Both the position numbers and the translations under genes were made by a program. A model generated the notes under the pieces. It was not told where the DNA came from. It made no database searches and saw only the letters and a list, made by a program, of their open reading frames with translations. A stretch of 64,000 nucleotides of DNA from Candidatus Levybacteria bacterium RIFCSPLOWO2_02_FULL_37_18 (lineage in GTDB: Bacteria > Patescibacteriota > Microgenomatia > Levybacterales > UBA12049), in the NCBI GenBank assembly GCA_001784115.1, contig MFPD01000019.1, positions 30,244 through 94,243 of the forward strand, written 5' to 3'. Positions 38,730 to 47,689 of this stretch are shown here, piece by piece. Each line of letters starts with the position of its first letter. The stretch's first letter is position 1.

Positions 38730-38781
38730 ATTGCTGCATTGCTAAATTGTTAACAATGAAGCAATCGAACAATTTAACAAT
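38730..38781. repeat. Inverted octamer array between trpB and trpA
   Basis: attgctgc attgctaa attgtt|aacaatga agcaatcg aacaattt aacaat. Confidence 0.7.
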
Positions 38782-40004
38782 CATTGTGTGTACTCTTTCA
38801 AAAATTTCATAAATTTTTTATCGTTGAATGCTTTTGCCAAAATAAACAAATCCTTATCGCCTCTTCCGGAAAGATTGACAACAATTATTTTGTGTTTGGA
38901 AAGTTTTGGTGCAAGTTTTACAGCATGTGCTACTGCATGCGCAGATTCAAGCGCAGGAATAATTCCTTCTGTCCTTGCCAAAAGTCTTACTGCTTCTAAC
39001 GCTTCTCTGTCTTTTGAGCTTACAAATTCTACTCGATTTAAATCATGAAGGTTTGCAAGCTCTGGCCCAATACCCGGATAATCAAGCCCTGCAGAAATGC
39101 TGTAAGTTTTTTGCAGTTGGCCGTCTTTGTTTTGCAAAAAGTATGATTTATATCCCTCTACAATGCCGACCGAACCGCCTTTGAATCGTAACGCATGCTC
39201 ACCTACTTTTTCTCCTTTTCCTCCTGCTTCAACACCTATTAACGTTACTGTTGAGCTTTTTATAAACTCATAAAAAATTCCCATGGCATTGCTTCCTCCA
39301 CCAACACATGCGATAATATAATCGGGTAGTTTCCCTTCTCTTTTTTTCATTTGAACTTTTACTTCTCGTCCAACAATCGACTGAAAATCTCTATTCATTG
39401 TCGGAAACGGATGCGGACCCACAACCGACCCTAATACATAATGCGTATCTTTAACATTTTCTATCCAGTCTTTAATTGCAGCATTCACTGCATCTTTTAA
39501 CGTTTTACTGCCAAAAGCAACCGGAACTACAGTTGCACCTAACTGTTCCATTAAAAAAACATTCTGCCGCTGTCTTTGTATATCTACTTCTCCCATATAT
39601 ACTGTGCAGGAAAACCCGAGTTTTGCTGCAACTGTTGCAGTCGCAACGCCATGCTGTCCTGCTCCGGTTTCTGCAATAAGTCTTTTTTTGCCAATTTTTT
39701 TTGCAACCAAAGCTTGTCCTATACAATGAGTAATTTTATGAGCGCCGGTTAGGTTTGCTCCTTCATTTTTTAAATATATTTTTGCGCCACCTAATCTTTT
39801 TGTGAGGTTTTCAGCAAATACCAATGGAGTCGGCCTCCCTGCAAAATTATTGAGTAAATCGGTAAATTCTTTTTGAAAAGAATCATCTTTTTTTGCAACC
39901 GTGTATGCTTTTTCCAATTCTTCAAGAGCCGGAATTAACATCTCCGGGACATATCTCCCGCCGTATAGTCCGAAGTGACCATTATTTTGATGTTTATTTT
40001 TCAT
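38781..40004 (-). CDS. trpB: Tryptophan synthase beta chain
   Basis: [28 protein letters not shown] and NLSGRGDKD motifs. Confidence 0.98.
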   Translation of the reverse strand: MKNKHQNNGHFGLYGGRYVPEMLIPALEELEKAYTVAKKDDSFQKEFTDLLNNFAGRPTPLVFAENLTKRLGGAKIYLKNEGANLTGAHKITHCIGQALVAKKIGKKRLIAETGAGQHGVATATVAAKLGFSCTVYMGEVDIQRQRQNVFLMEQLGATVVPVAFGSKTLKDAVNAAIKDWIENVKDTHYVLGSVVGPHPFPTMNRDFQSIVGREVKVQMKKREGKLPDYIIACVGGGSNAMGIFYEFIKSSTVTLIGVEAGGKGEKVGEHALRFKGGSVGIVEGYKSYFLQNKDGQLQKTYSISAGLDYPGIGPELANLHDLNRVEFVSSKDREALEAVRLLARTEGIIPALESAHAVAHAVKLAPKLSKHKIIVVNLSGRGDKDLFILAKAFNDKKFMKFLKEYTQ

Positions 40005-40054
40005 GATTATAAATTTTAAACATTAAAAATTGAATAAAAATTAAAAATTTCAAA

Positions 40055-40672
40055 TTAAAAATTCTTTTTCGCTTCTCTTATAAATTTTCTAATCTTTTCA
40101 ATATCTTGTTTTCCGTCTGTCTCGACCCCAGATGCGACATCTACAATCTGTGGTTTTACTTTCTTTATAACGTCTGCGACATTCTCTGGATTTAAACCTC
40201 CTGCAAAGATTAAAGGAAATTCTTTTGCTAAAACACTAGCTTTTTCTAAATTAATCATTTGCCCCTCGCTTTGTTCTATTCTGTCTAAAAGATAAACATC
40301 TACCTTAAACTGCTTCATTTGTTTTCTCGCATCTTCAATGTCAAAATCTCCTGGAAATCTAAATGCTTTTATTGTTTTTATTTTTATTTGTTTTATATAC
40401 TCCTGTGGTTCGTCACCATGAAACTGAGCGTAATCTAAATTACACGTCTCAATTATTTTCTGTACTTGATTAAGTGGCATATTTTGAAAAACGCCAACTA
40501 AATTAATTTTGCCTTTCAACTGTTTGCTAATTTCTTTTACAACCTCACTATCTACAGTATGAGTTTTAATACGTGGTGTAAATACAAACCCTAAAAAATC
40601 AGCACCACCTTCAAAAGCAACTTCTGCTGCTTCCAAACTTCTTGTCGCGCAAATTTTAACTTTTACTTTCAT
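40055..40672 (-). CDS. trpF: Phosphoribosylanthranilate isomerase
   Basis: VKIC, GFVF, QFHGDE, AGGLNPENV and DVASGVE motifs. Confidence 0.93.
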   Translation of the reverse strand: MKVKVKICATRSLEAAEVAFEGGADFLGFVFTPRIKTHTVDSEVVKEISKQLKGKINLVGVFQNMPLNQVQKIIETCNLDYAQFHGDEPQEYIKQIKIKTIKAFRFPGDFDIEDARKQMKQFKVDVYLLDRIEQSEGQMINLEKASVLAKEFPLIFAGGLNPENVADVIKKVKPQIVDVASGVETDGKQDIEKIRKFIREAKKNF

Positions 40673-40683
40673 AGTTTTCAATC

Positions 40684-40771
40684 TGTCATTACGAGGAGGT
40701 CGCTTGATGCGACCGACGCGGCAATCTCCTAATCGTAAAACTACGATTGCTTCACTTCGTTCGCAATGACA
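40684..40771. repeat. Family A doublet supplying the trpC C-terminus and stop
   Basis: tgtcattacgagg..ggcaatct / gattgcttcacttcgttcgcaatgaca; trpC TGA at 40752-40754. Confidence 0.9.
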
Positions 40772-41549
40772 ATATAAAATCTTTTATATTTTTCGCTTTC
40801 ATTAAACTCGTTCCCACAAGCACTCCTTTTGCTCCTGCTTCCCTATATTTTTGAACTTCTTGCGAACTTTTGATTCCTGAGAATCCCAGTTTTATAAATT
40901 TGTCTGGAACTTGTTTTAGAATTTCAGATGCTCTATCAACATCCACCTCAAAAGTATCCAAATCTCTTGCGTTAACTGCAATTATATATGGTTTTGAGTC
41001 GATCGCTCTTTCTATATGTTCTAAACTATCAATTTCAACAACTGGTTCAATACCTAAACCTATGGCATATTGAACTAATTCAGAAAGTTTTTTGTTACCA
41101 ACAATTCTTGCAATTAAAAGCACCGCATCAGCGCCTGATTTTATACCTTCGGCAATTTGATATGTATCAATAATAAAATCTTTCATAAGAATGGGAAGAT
41201 TGGTATTTTTCTTAATTTGATCAATTAGTTTAATATCTCCATTAAAAAAATGTTTTTCAACAACTAAAGAAATTGCATCAGCGTCTGCTTTTTCATATGC
41301 TTTTACCCGCTTTAGAATAGTTTTTTTTGAACCAAGATCTCCTTCACTTGGAGACGCTAACTTAATCTCCGCAATCAGAGTAATATCTTTTTTTGGATTG
41401 AGAATCGAATTCCTGAAATTACTCAAATTATAAACCGTTCCTTTTCGAGATTCTGGATGCGCCTTCGGCTTACCAGAATGACGTTTTTTTCTTTTTTTCA
41501 AATCTCTTTTTGTTTGCTCAACTATTTTTTGAAGTATTTTATTTTTCAT
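40752..41549 (-). CDS. trpC: Indole-3-glycerol-phosphate synthase
   Basis: IAEIKLASPS, KDFII, GADAVLLI, VNARDL and LVGTSLM motifs. Confidence 0.93.
   Translation of the reverse strand: MKNKILQKIVEQTKRDLKKRKKRHSGKPKAHPESRKGTVYNLSNFRNSILNPKKDITLIAEIKLASPSEGDLGSKKTILKRVKAYEKADADAISLVVEKHFFNGDIKLIDQIKKNTNLPILMKDFIIDTYQIAEGIKSGADAVLLIARIVGNKKLSELVQYAIGLGIEPVVEIDSLEHIERAIDSKPYIIAVNARDLDTFEVDVDRASEILKQVPDKFIKLGFSGIKSSQEVQKYREAGAKGVLVGTSLMKAKNIKDFILSLRTK
41447..41482. repeat. GTCAT half-element in frame in trpC
   Basis: gagattctggatgcgccttcggcttaccagaatgac; encodes RHSGKPKAHPES. Confidence 0.8.
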
Positions 41550-42576
41550 ATTTTTGCGTTTCTTTTATTAATTGCTCTAATACTTGTTTTGCTTTTCCGC
41601 TATCAATTGCCTCTTGAGCCTTTTCAATTCCCTGCTCAATTGAGCTTGCTTTTCCAGCGACATATAATCCCAAAGCGCTGTTTAAAATAACAATATCACG
41701 ACATTGTCCTTTTTTACCATCTAAAACATTTAAAATAATCTCTGCATTCGTTTTCGAATCTGCTCCTTTTATTTTGTTTTGCGAAGCTTTTTTTACTCCA
41801 AAATCAGCAGGACTCACTATTCTTGATTTTATTTTTTTGCCTTGCACTTCGAGTACATGAGTTTTTGCAGAAATACTTACCTCATCCATTCCATCTTCAC
41901 TTGTTACCAATAACAAATGTTTATACCCAAATTCTTTACCAACACGTGCTAATTTTTTGGCTATAGAAAGATTTGGAACACCAATAATCTGCCTTTTTAC
42001 AGAAGCCGGATTTAAAAACGGACCAAGCAAATTAAAAATTGTTGGAATACCTAATTCTTTTCTAACAGAAGCTATAAATTTCATTGTCGGATGAAATAAT
42101 TGCGCGAATAAAAATACCATGCCTACTTTTTCTAAAACCAAACTTGCTTGAGAAGTGTTTAAATTAATATTCACTCCCAAACTTTCCAACACATCCGCGC
42201 TTCCACATTTACTGCTTGCTGCTCTATTACCATGCTTAGCTACCCTTACACCAGCTCCTGCAACTACAAATGCTGTTGCCGTAGAAATATTAAACGTCTG
42301 TTTTCCGTCTCCACCGGTACCACATACATCTATTGAATTTTTAACTTTTAACTTTGAACTTTGAACTTTTATCATATACTTCCTCATTCCTTCTATAAAC
42401 CCTACAATCTCCTCAGCTGTTTCTCCTTTTGACTTTAAAAGAATAAGAATTGCTGCCATTTGAGTAGGGCCAATCTTCCCCTCTGCCATTTGGCAAACAA
42501 GAAAAAAAGCCTCTTTCTGAGTAAGATTTTCTTTTGCTATTAATTTTATAAACAACTGTTTTGTATCCATATTCAT
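41539..42576 (-). CDS. trpD: Anthranilate phosphoribosyltransferase
   Basis: DVCGTGGDG, NIST, KHGNRA and DGMDE motifs. Confidence 0.96.
   Translation of the reverse strand: MNMDTKQLFIKLIAKENLTQKEAFFLVCQMAEGKIGPTQMAAILILLKSKGETAEEIVGFIEGMRKYMIKVQSSKLKVKNSIDVCGTGGDGKQTFNISTATAFVVAGAGVRVAKHGNRAASSKCGSADVLESLGVNINLNTSQASLVLEKVGMVFLFAQLFHPTMKFIASVRKELGIPTIFNLLGPFLNPASVKRQIIGVPNLSIAKKLARVGKEFGYKHLLLVTSEDGMDEVSISAKTHVLEVQGKKIKSRIVSPADFGVKKASQNKIKGADSKTNAEIILNVLDGKKGQCRDIVILNSALGLYVAGKASSIEQGIEKAQEAIDSGKAKQVLEQLIKETQKYEK
42336..42370. repeat. AAYTTTK heptamer x5 inside trpD
   Basis: aattttt aactttt aactttg aactttg aactttt; encodes KVQSSKLKVKN. Confidence 0.8.
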
Positions 42577-42599
42577 CTACTTGTCATTGATTCCTTAAT

Positions 42600-42626
42600 T
42601 GTCATTCTAAACTTGATTCAGAATCT
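42600..42626. repeat. Family B half-element supplying the trpG stop
   Basis: tgtcattctaaacttgattcagaatct; TGA at 42618-42620. Confidence 0.85.
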
Positions 42627-43217
42627 AAACAAAAAATTTTCAAGCATAATTTTTCCTGCTTCTGTTGCAAATGATTCCGGATGAAACTGAACTCCCTCAA
42701 TTGGATATTCCTTGTGTCTTAATCCCATAATCTCACCATCATCTTGTACTGTTGCTGTTATTTCCAAACAGTTGGGCAATGAACTTTTCTCCGCAATCAA
42801 AGAATGATATCGCATTACTTCTAAATTTTGCGGTAATCCAAAAAATACCCCCTTTCCATCGTGTTTAATAGTACTTGTTTTTCCATGCATTGGTTTTTTT
42901 GCTCTAACAACTTTTCCGCCGAAGTAATGCGCCATTCCCTGCATTCCAAGACATACACCAAGTATTGGAATGTGTTTTTCTAACTCTGTTAGAACTTCAG
43001 CGCAAGCTCCAAAGTATGCTTTATCAGCAGGATTACCTGGGCCAGGAGAGATAATAATTCTATCGTATTTTTTCTCTTGAATTTCGGAAAGCGTTATATC
43101 GTCATTACGAAAAACATCTACGGCAAATGGTTTTTCCCTTTGCTCTAAAATTTCTCCTACATACTGATATAAATTAAAAGTAAACGAATCGTAATTGTCT
43201 AGTATAAGTATTTTCAT
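42618..43217 (-). CDS. trpG: Anthranilate synthase component II
   Basis: DNYDSFT, SPGPG, GVCLG, RYHSL and QFHPES motifs. Confidence 0.96.
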   Translation of the reverse strand: MKILILDNYDSFTFNLYQYVGEILEQREKPFAVDVFRNDDITLSEIQEKKYDRIIISPGPGNPADKAYFGACAEVLTELEKHIPILGVCLGMQGMAHYFGGKVVRAKKPMHGKTSTIKHDGKGVFFGLPQNLEVMRYHSLIAEKSSLPNCLEITATVQDDGEIMGLRHKEYPIEGVQFHPESFATEAGKIMLENFLFRF

Positions 43218-44563
43218 AATTTTTTTAAAACTTCCATTATTGCTTTTAATTTTCTTTCAATTTCTTCATATTCCTTTTCTGGTTTTGAATCACAAACAAT
43301 TCCACCGCTTGTTTGGGTATAACCAAATTCACCTAAAAAAAATAAGGATCTGATTGCAATAGCAAATGTACAGTCACCATTAAAACCAAATTGTCCAACA
43401 GCCCCACCATATACACCCCGCGCCTCTTTTTCCAAGCTTTCAATTATTTTTATCGACTCTATTTTAGGAGCACCGGTTAAAGTACCTGCCGGAAAATTAC
43501 TTGCAAGCGCAGAAAACATTGTCTGCCCATTTTTCATAATTCCTACAATTTCGCTTGAAATATGCTGGACATGGGAAAATTTTTTTACATTCATAAAATC
43601 CCGTACTTTTACCGTCCCAAACTTTGCAACTCTTCCAATATCATTTCTATGCAAATCCACCAGCATATTATGTTCTGCTACTTCTTTTGAATCTGACAAT
43701 AAATCGCGGGCTAGCTTCTTATCTTCCTTAAGATTTTTCCCTCTTTTAATTGTTCCTGCTAAAGGTCTTGTTACCATTTCTCCATCCCGAAGAGAAAATA
43801 ATAACTCTGGTGAAGCACCAATTATCCTTTTTTTATTAAACTTTAAATAGTACATAAAAGGAGAAGGATTAATTTTACGAAGCCTTTCGTACATTAAAAG
43901 ACTATCTCCTTGTATTTTAAATTTTGTTTTAAATCCTACTTCGCATTGAAACGTATTTCCCAAGAGAATATGTTTTTGTACATTCCTGACTTGTTTTTCG
44001 TGTTCTGCTTTAGAAGAAGTATTTCCTAAAAATTTCGCTTTTAGCATTAGTTTTTTAGTAGGTTTTTTTAATAAATCTTTAAGTATTTCTATCCTGTTTT
44101 CGTCATAATAAAAATAAAACAATTCGTTGGTAACTTTGTCAAAAATTACGCCATCCGTATATACCCCAAACATAAATTGATCAAAATCGTGATTAACTTT
44201 AACCGACAAACTACTTTCAAAATAGTTAATTGCATCATAGGCAAGATAACCAACTAACCCCCCTGCATAATTTTTAGAAATTGTATAAGAAGGCATAATA
44301 TTTTCAAGAGCAAAATAGGGATTTTTAACCGGATATGCTATTCCGTCAAAAAATAGTAAATTTTCTCGTGCAGAAATTACGTGTTTTGGAGCAAGTCCAA
44401 TAATTGAATATCTGGAGAATTTTCCTTCCTCTCCCAATGATTCAAAAATAAAACACGTATCAAACTCTTGCTCTATTTTTTTAAACAGACCATGGAAATC
44501 AATATCTTGAGCAAAAGAGACATACGTTGGTTTCTTTTGTAATGTTATTTTTGGTAATTTCAT
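43214..44563 (-). CDS. trpE: Anthranilate synthase component I
   Basis: NPSPFMY, SPE, RPLAGT, EHNMLVDL, PAGTLTGAPK and AIAIRS motifs; heads the trp operon. Confidence 0.92.
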   Translation of the reverse strand: MKLPKITLQKKPTYVSFAQDIDFHGLFKKIEQEFDTCFIFESLGEEGKFSRYSIIGLAPKHVISARENLLFFDGIAYPVKNPYFALENIMPSYTISKNYAGGLVGYLAYDAINYFESSLSVKVNHDFDQFMFGVYTDGVIFDKVTNELFYFYYDENRIEILKDLLKKPTKKLMLKAKFLGNTSSKAEHEKQVRNVQKHILLGNTFQCEVGFKTKFKIQGDSLLMYERLRKINPSPFMYYLKFNKKRIIGASPELLFSLRDGEMVTRPLAGTIKRGKNLKEDKKLARDLLSDSKEVAEHNMLVDLHRNDIGRVAKFGTVKVRDFMNVKKFSHVQHISSEIVGIMKNGQTMFSALASNFPAGTLTGAPKIESIKIIESLEKEARGVYGGAVGQFGFNGDCTFAIAIRSLFFLGEFGYTQTSGGIVCDSKPEKEYEEIERKLKAIMEVLKKL

Positions 44564-44569
44564 ATTTTT

Positions 44570-44816
44570 ATAAACAAAAACCCTTGTAAATTTCCAAACG
44601 TTTTCTGTTTGACTATTTACAAGGGCCTCTTAATGAGACGGTGCCACCTTGTTTATTTACTTATTCATGCTCTTCTTTTCTTAGTCCAGCCAAGCGGATA
44701 AAAAACAAAGAGTGCTGTCTTCTTAGGGTTTCGCCTCCCCCGCATTACGTCAGTCGCGTTTGACGCGATGAATTTTGCGAAAGCTTCCTGGATCCAAACT
44801 TCCAGATCACAGCTTT
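44570..44816 (-). ncRNA. Trp T-box riboswitch (transcriptional) with ultrashort Stem I
   Basis: Antiterminator CAAGG-UGGCACC-GUCUC/GAGGC-CCUUG; terminator CCCUUGUAAAU...AUUUACAAGGG-UUUUU; Stem I AAAGC-UGUGA-UCUGGA-AGUUUGGA-UCCAGG-AA-GCUUU with UGG specifier at 44796-44794. Confidence 0.88.
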
Positions 44817-44834
44817 TAAAACTACATTACATGT

Positions 44835-44843
44835 AATATACCA
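44835..44843 (-). promoter_or_regulatory. Extended -10 promoter of the T-box leader
   Basis: TGgTATATT about 19 nt upstream of Stem I. Confidence 0.55.
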
Positions 44844-44856
44844 TATTGTTTCAGAT

Positions 44857-45522
44857 TTATAAAGCACCTTTACCCGATACCATTGCCCAAGGAGTTTTAA
44901 GGATTATGTACAAATCATAAAGAATCGAACGCTTATGCACATAATCCGCATCCATTTGAATTCGCTTGTCAAAATTAATCTCACTTCTTCCGGAAACCTG
45001 CCAAAATCCTGTGAGCCCCGGCTTTACCGACAACACAACTTTTGCCAGATCTCGAGTTTCAGGGTAACTTTTCTGCTGCTCCCTAAGCTCATCCGGATAA
45101 TATGCACGGGGTCCTACCAAACTCATTTCTCCTTTTAAAATATTCACCAGCTGAGGAATTTCATCCAGAGAATATTTTCGAATAAACCTTCCAACCAGTG
45201 TAATACGCGGATCGTCTTTTAATTTATAACTGCCTTTTTTATATATATTAAAAAGATCTGCATACTGGGGATTTTCACGTAAAATTTCATGCGCATTTTG
45301 CACCATAGACCTAAATTTATACATTTTAAAAAGTCTTCCACTTTTTCCTACTCTTTCAGGCGTATCCGCTAATATCGGCCCGATTGAATCAAGCACAATA
45401 GCCAGAACAATCAAAAGGATAATTGGGGAAAATAGTATTAAAAGAAAAAGAGAGAAAACAATATCAATCAATCGTTTTATAAACTCATAATATACACTTT
45501 TTTTTACTTGTACGTATACCAT
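44857..45522 (-). CDS. Priming phosphoglycosyl transferase (bacterial sugar transferase)
   Basis: KRLIDI, YKFRSM, DDPRIT, SLDEIPQ, SLVGPR and KPGLTG motifs. Confidence 0.93.
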   Translation of the reverse strand: MVYVQVKKSVYYEFIKRLIDIVFSLFLLILFSPIILLIVLAIVLDSIGPILADTPERVGKSGRLFKMYKFRSMVQNAHEILRENPQYADLFNIYKKGSYKLKDDPRITLVGRFIRKYSLDEIPQLVNILKGEMSLVGPRAYYPDELREQQKSYPETRDLAKVVLSVKPGLTGFWQVSGRSEINFDKRIQMDADYVHKRSILYDLYIILKTPWAMVSGKGAL

Positions 45523-45525
45523 ACG

Positions 45526-46608
45526 TTATGCTAAATGCTCATGCTGTGTACTTGTTAATCCTTCAACTAATTTTTTTATTTTTGGAATAGAGCTCTTCTT
45601 GCATACTAACACAACGTCTGATGTGTTAATGATAATCATTTCCTCCAAATCAATACCGACGGTTAGCTGATTGGTGTAATTAAATAGCAAAACGTCTCTG
45701 CTGTCTTCGAGCATGACATTTCCTCGGGTTACATTTTCATGATCCCTCGTAGAAAGTGCTTCCTTTAGCGCTTCCCATGCACCTACATCACTCCATCCCA
45801 AATCTGCTTTAATTACCAATCCGTCTCCAGGATTCATTTTTTCCAATAGTAAGTTATCAAATGATATTTTTTCAAGCTTGGGATAAATCTCTTTAAGCAC
45901 AGAATCAAAATTATCAGTTTGAAAAGACTCTTGAATTTTTACCAGTTCACCATACATTTTTGGAGCATACTTTTTATACAACGAAAACAAAAATACTGGA
46001 GTTGTCGCAAAATACCCGGGATTCCAAACGTGACTTTCTGACTTATGAAATGTTTCTGCCAAAGCTTGTGATGGCCGGTAATGCCAATTTTTAAACGAAA
46101 ACACAGGCAAACCATTCTTATGCATTACTTTCTTACCCAACTCTATCCATCCGAGATTTTGACTTGCAAATCTGGATCGTTGCCCTATAAATACAATTTT
46201 TTCCGGATCGGTTTTTAATATTGTTTCCGCGGTCTGAAGCACTTCTCTAAATAATTCTTCATTTTTTACCAAATGGTCACTCCATAAAATTATAAATGGC
46301 TCATTTTTTTCAATCTTCTCAAACAATGCTGTTACCAGCCCTACTGCCGGGCCTAGATCTCGCATTTCAGGTTCAAGGATAAAATTTTCTTTTGGAATCT
46401 GCTGTAACTGACTATATAAAATGTCTTTATACATAGTTCCCGAGGAGATAAAAATATCCTTGGAATCAGCTATTGGCAATATACGATTAACAGCCAACTG
46501 TAAAGTAGAGTGTTCGCCGAAGATTTTTTCAAATTGCTTTGGGGTATTCTTTCTGGAAAGGGGCCATAATCTTGTCCCAACTCCACCTGCAAATATTACT
46601 ATCTTCAT
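45526..46608 (-). CDS. manC: Mannose-1-phosphate guanylyltransferase
   Basis: AGGVGTRLWPLSR..PKQF, SDH and GWSDVGAW motifs. Confidence 0.88.
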   Translation of the reverse strand: MKIVIFAGGVGTRLWPLSRKNTPKQFEKIFGEHSTLQLAVNRILPIADSKDIFISSGTMYKDILYSQLQQIPKENFILEPEMRDLGPAVGLVTALFEKIEKNEPFIILWSDHLVKNEELFREVLQTAETILKTDPEKIVFIGQRSRFASQNLGWIELGKKVMHKNGLPVFSFKNWHYRPSQALAETFHKSESHVWNPGYFATTPVFLFSLYKKYAPKMYGELVKIQESFQTDNFDSVLKEIYPKLEKISFDNLLLEKMNPGDGLVIKADLGWSDVGAWEALKEALSTRDHENVTRGNVMLEDSRDVLLFNYTNQLTVGIDLEEMIIINTSDVVLVCKKSSIPKIKKLVEGLTSTQHEHLA

Positions 46609-46612
46609 ACAT

Positions 46613-47689
46613 TTATTTTACGTATTGCCGAACAAGACTCAAAAACTGCTCTTTAAATCTTTTTTCTGAAAACCTTTGTGCGTTGATGTGGATACTTCTA
46701 GTATTAAATTTCATCTTTTCAAATTTTTTTAAGGCTTGAATAAGTGATTTTGATGTTTGAGATTTAAATAAAACACCTGTTTTCCCATCAATAACTATCT
46801 CTTTTGCTCCTCCCTTATTAAAAGCAATAACCGGTTTTCCAAAACTTTGTGCTTCTACAATTGCCAACCCAAAGTCTTCAACGCCTGAAAAAATAAGAGC
46901 CTTGCAGTTCTTATAATAACCCGAAAGCTCATCATCAGTCAAGTTTCCCGGAAAAAAAATTGATCGCCCTGACATCTTTTTAAGTCTCTTTTCCTCCATT
47001 CCCTTCCCGATTATCAAAAGAGGGACATTAAGCTTATTACATGCCGAAATTGCAAGATCTATTCTTTTATATGGAACCAACCGGGAAACAATCAGAAAAT
47101 ATCCAGAAAGAGTGTTTAATGCTCTCCCCCTTTTTTTTGAAAAACCAGCAGAAGGATATACAACAACAGAATCTCTTGAATAATATTTTTTAATACGCTT
47201 TTTTATTTCAAGGGAAATTGCAATATAATACTTTGGGGTTTTTGCGATTTTTTTGTCCCATATACGAAGTAGAAAAATAATAGGTATTGTAAAAGATCTA
47301 AAAAAATTATTTTTAAAATATTCATTATATCCGCTCCATAAATATCTCGTCGGAGTCAGACAATAACAAATATGGGTTGTATTCTTGTCAACTCTAACCG
47401 CCTTTGCATACTCAGAAGTGACAGAAATAACCACATCAAATTTTTTAAAAGAAAAACTCATAAAAGCTAAAGGCATAAAAGGCGCAAATAATTCATGGAA
47501 CATAGATGCAAAGGGAATATATTGTAAAAAAGAAGCTTTCACACGAAAAACCCGAGCCCACGGCGCAGTCTTGGGATTATATACAGATGTGTAAAGAGGG
47601 GCTTTTGGAAATAATTCATGCAGGGCAAGGAGAACTCTTTCGGCGCCACCCCACTTATTAACCCGATCGTAGACGATGGCAACTTTCAT
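46613..47689 (-). CDS. GT4 glycosyltransferase (mannosyltransferase-like)
   Basis: GGAERV, YCLTPTRYLW, SRLVPYKRIDL and EDFGLAIVEA motifs. Confidence 0.9.
   Translation of the reverse strand: MKVAIVYDRVNKWGGAERVLLALHELFPKAPLYTSVYNPKTAPWARVFRVKASFLQYIPFASMFHELFAPFMPLAFMSFSFKKFDVVISVTSEYAKAVRVDKNTTHICYCLTPTRYLWSGYNEYFKNNFFRSFTIPIIFLLRIWDKKIAKTPKYYIAISLEIKKRIKKYYSRDSVVVYPSAGFSKKRGRALNTLSGYFLIVSRLVPYKRIDLAISACNKLNVPLLIIGKGMEEKRLKKMSGRSIFFPGNLTDDELSGYYKNCKALIFSGVEDFGLAIVEAQSFGKPVIAFNKGGAKEIVIDGKTGVLFKSQTSKSLIQALKKFEKMKFNTRSIHINAQRFSEKRFKEQFLSLVRQYVK

Noticed and set aside
26441-42626. Palindromic repeats as a CRISPR array or integron attC sites
   Set aside because: Dispersed, heterogeneous, sometimes intragenic; no regular spacers, cas genes or integrase
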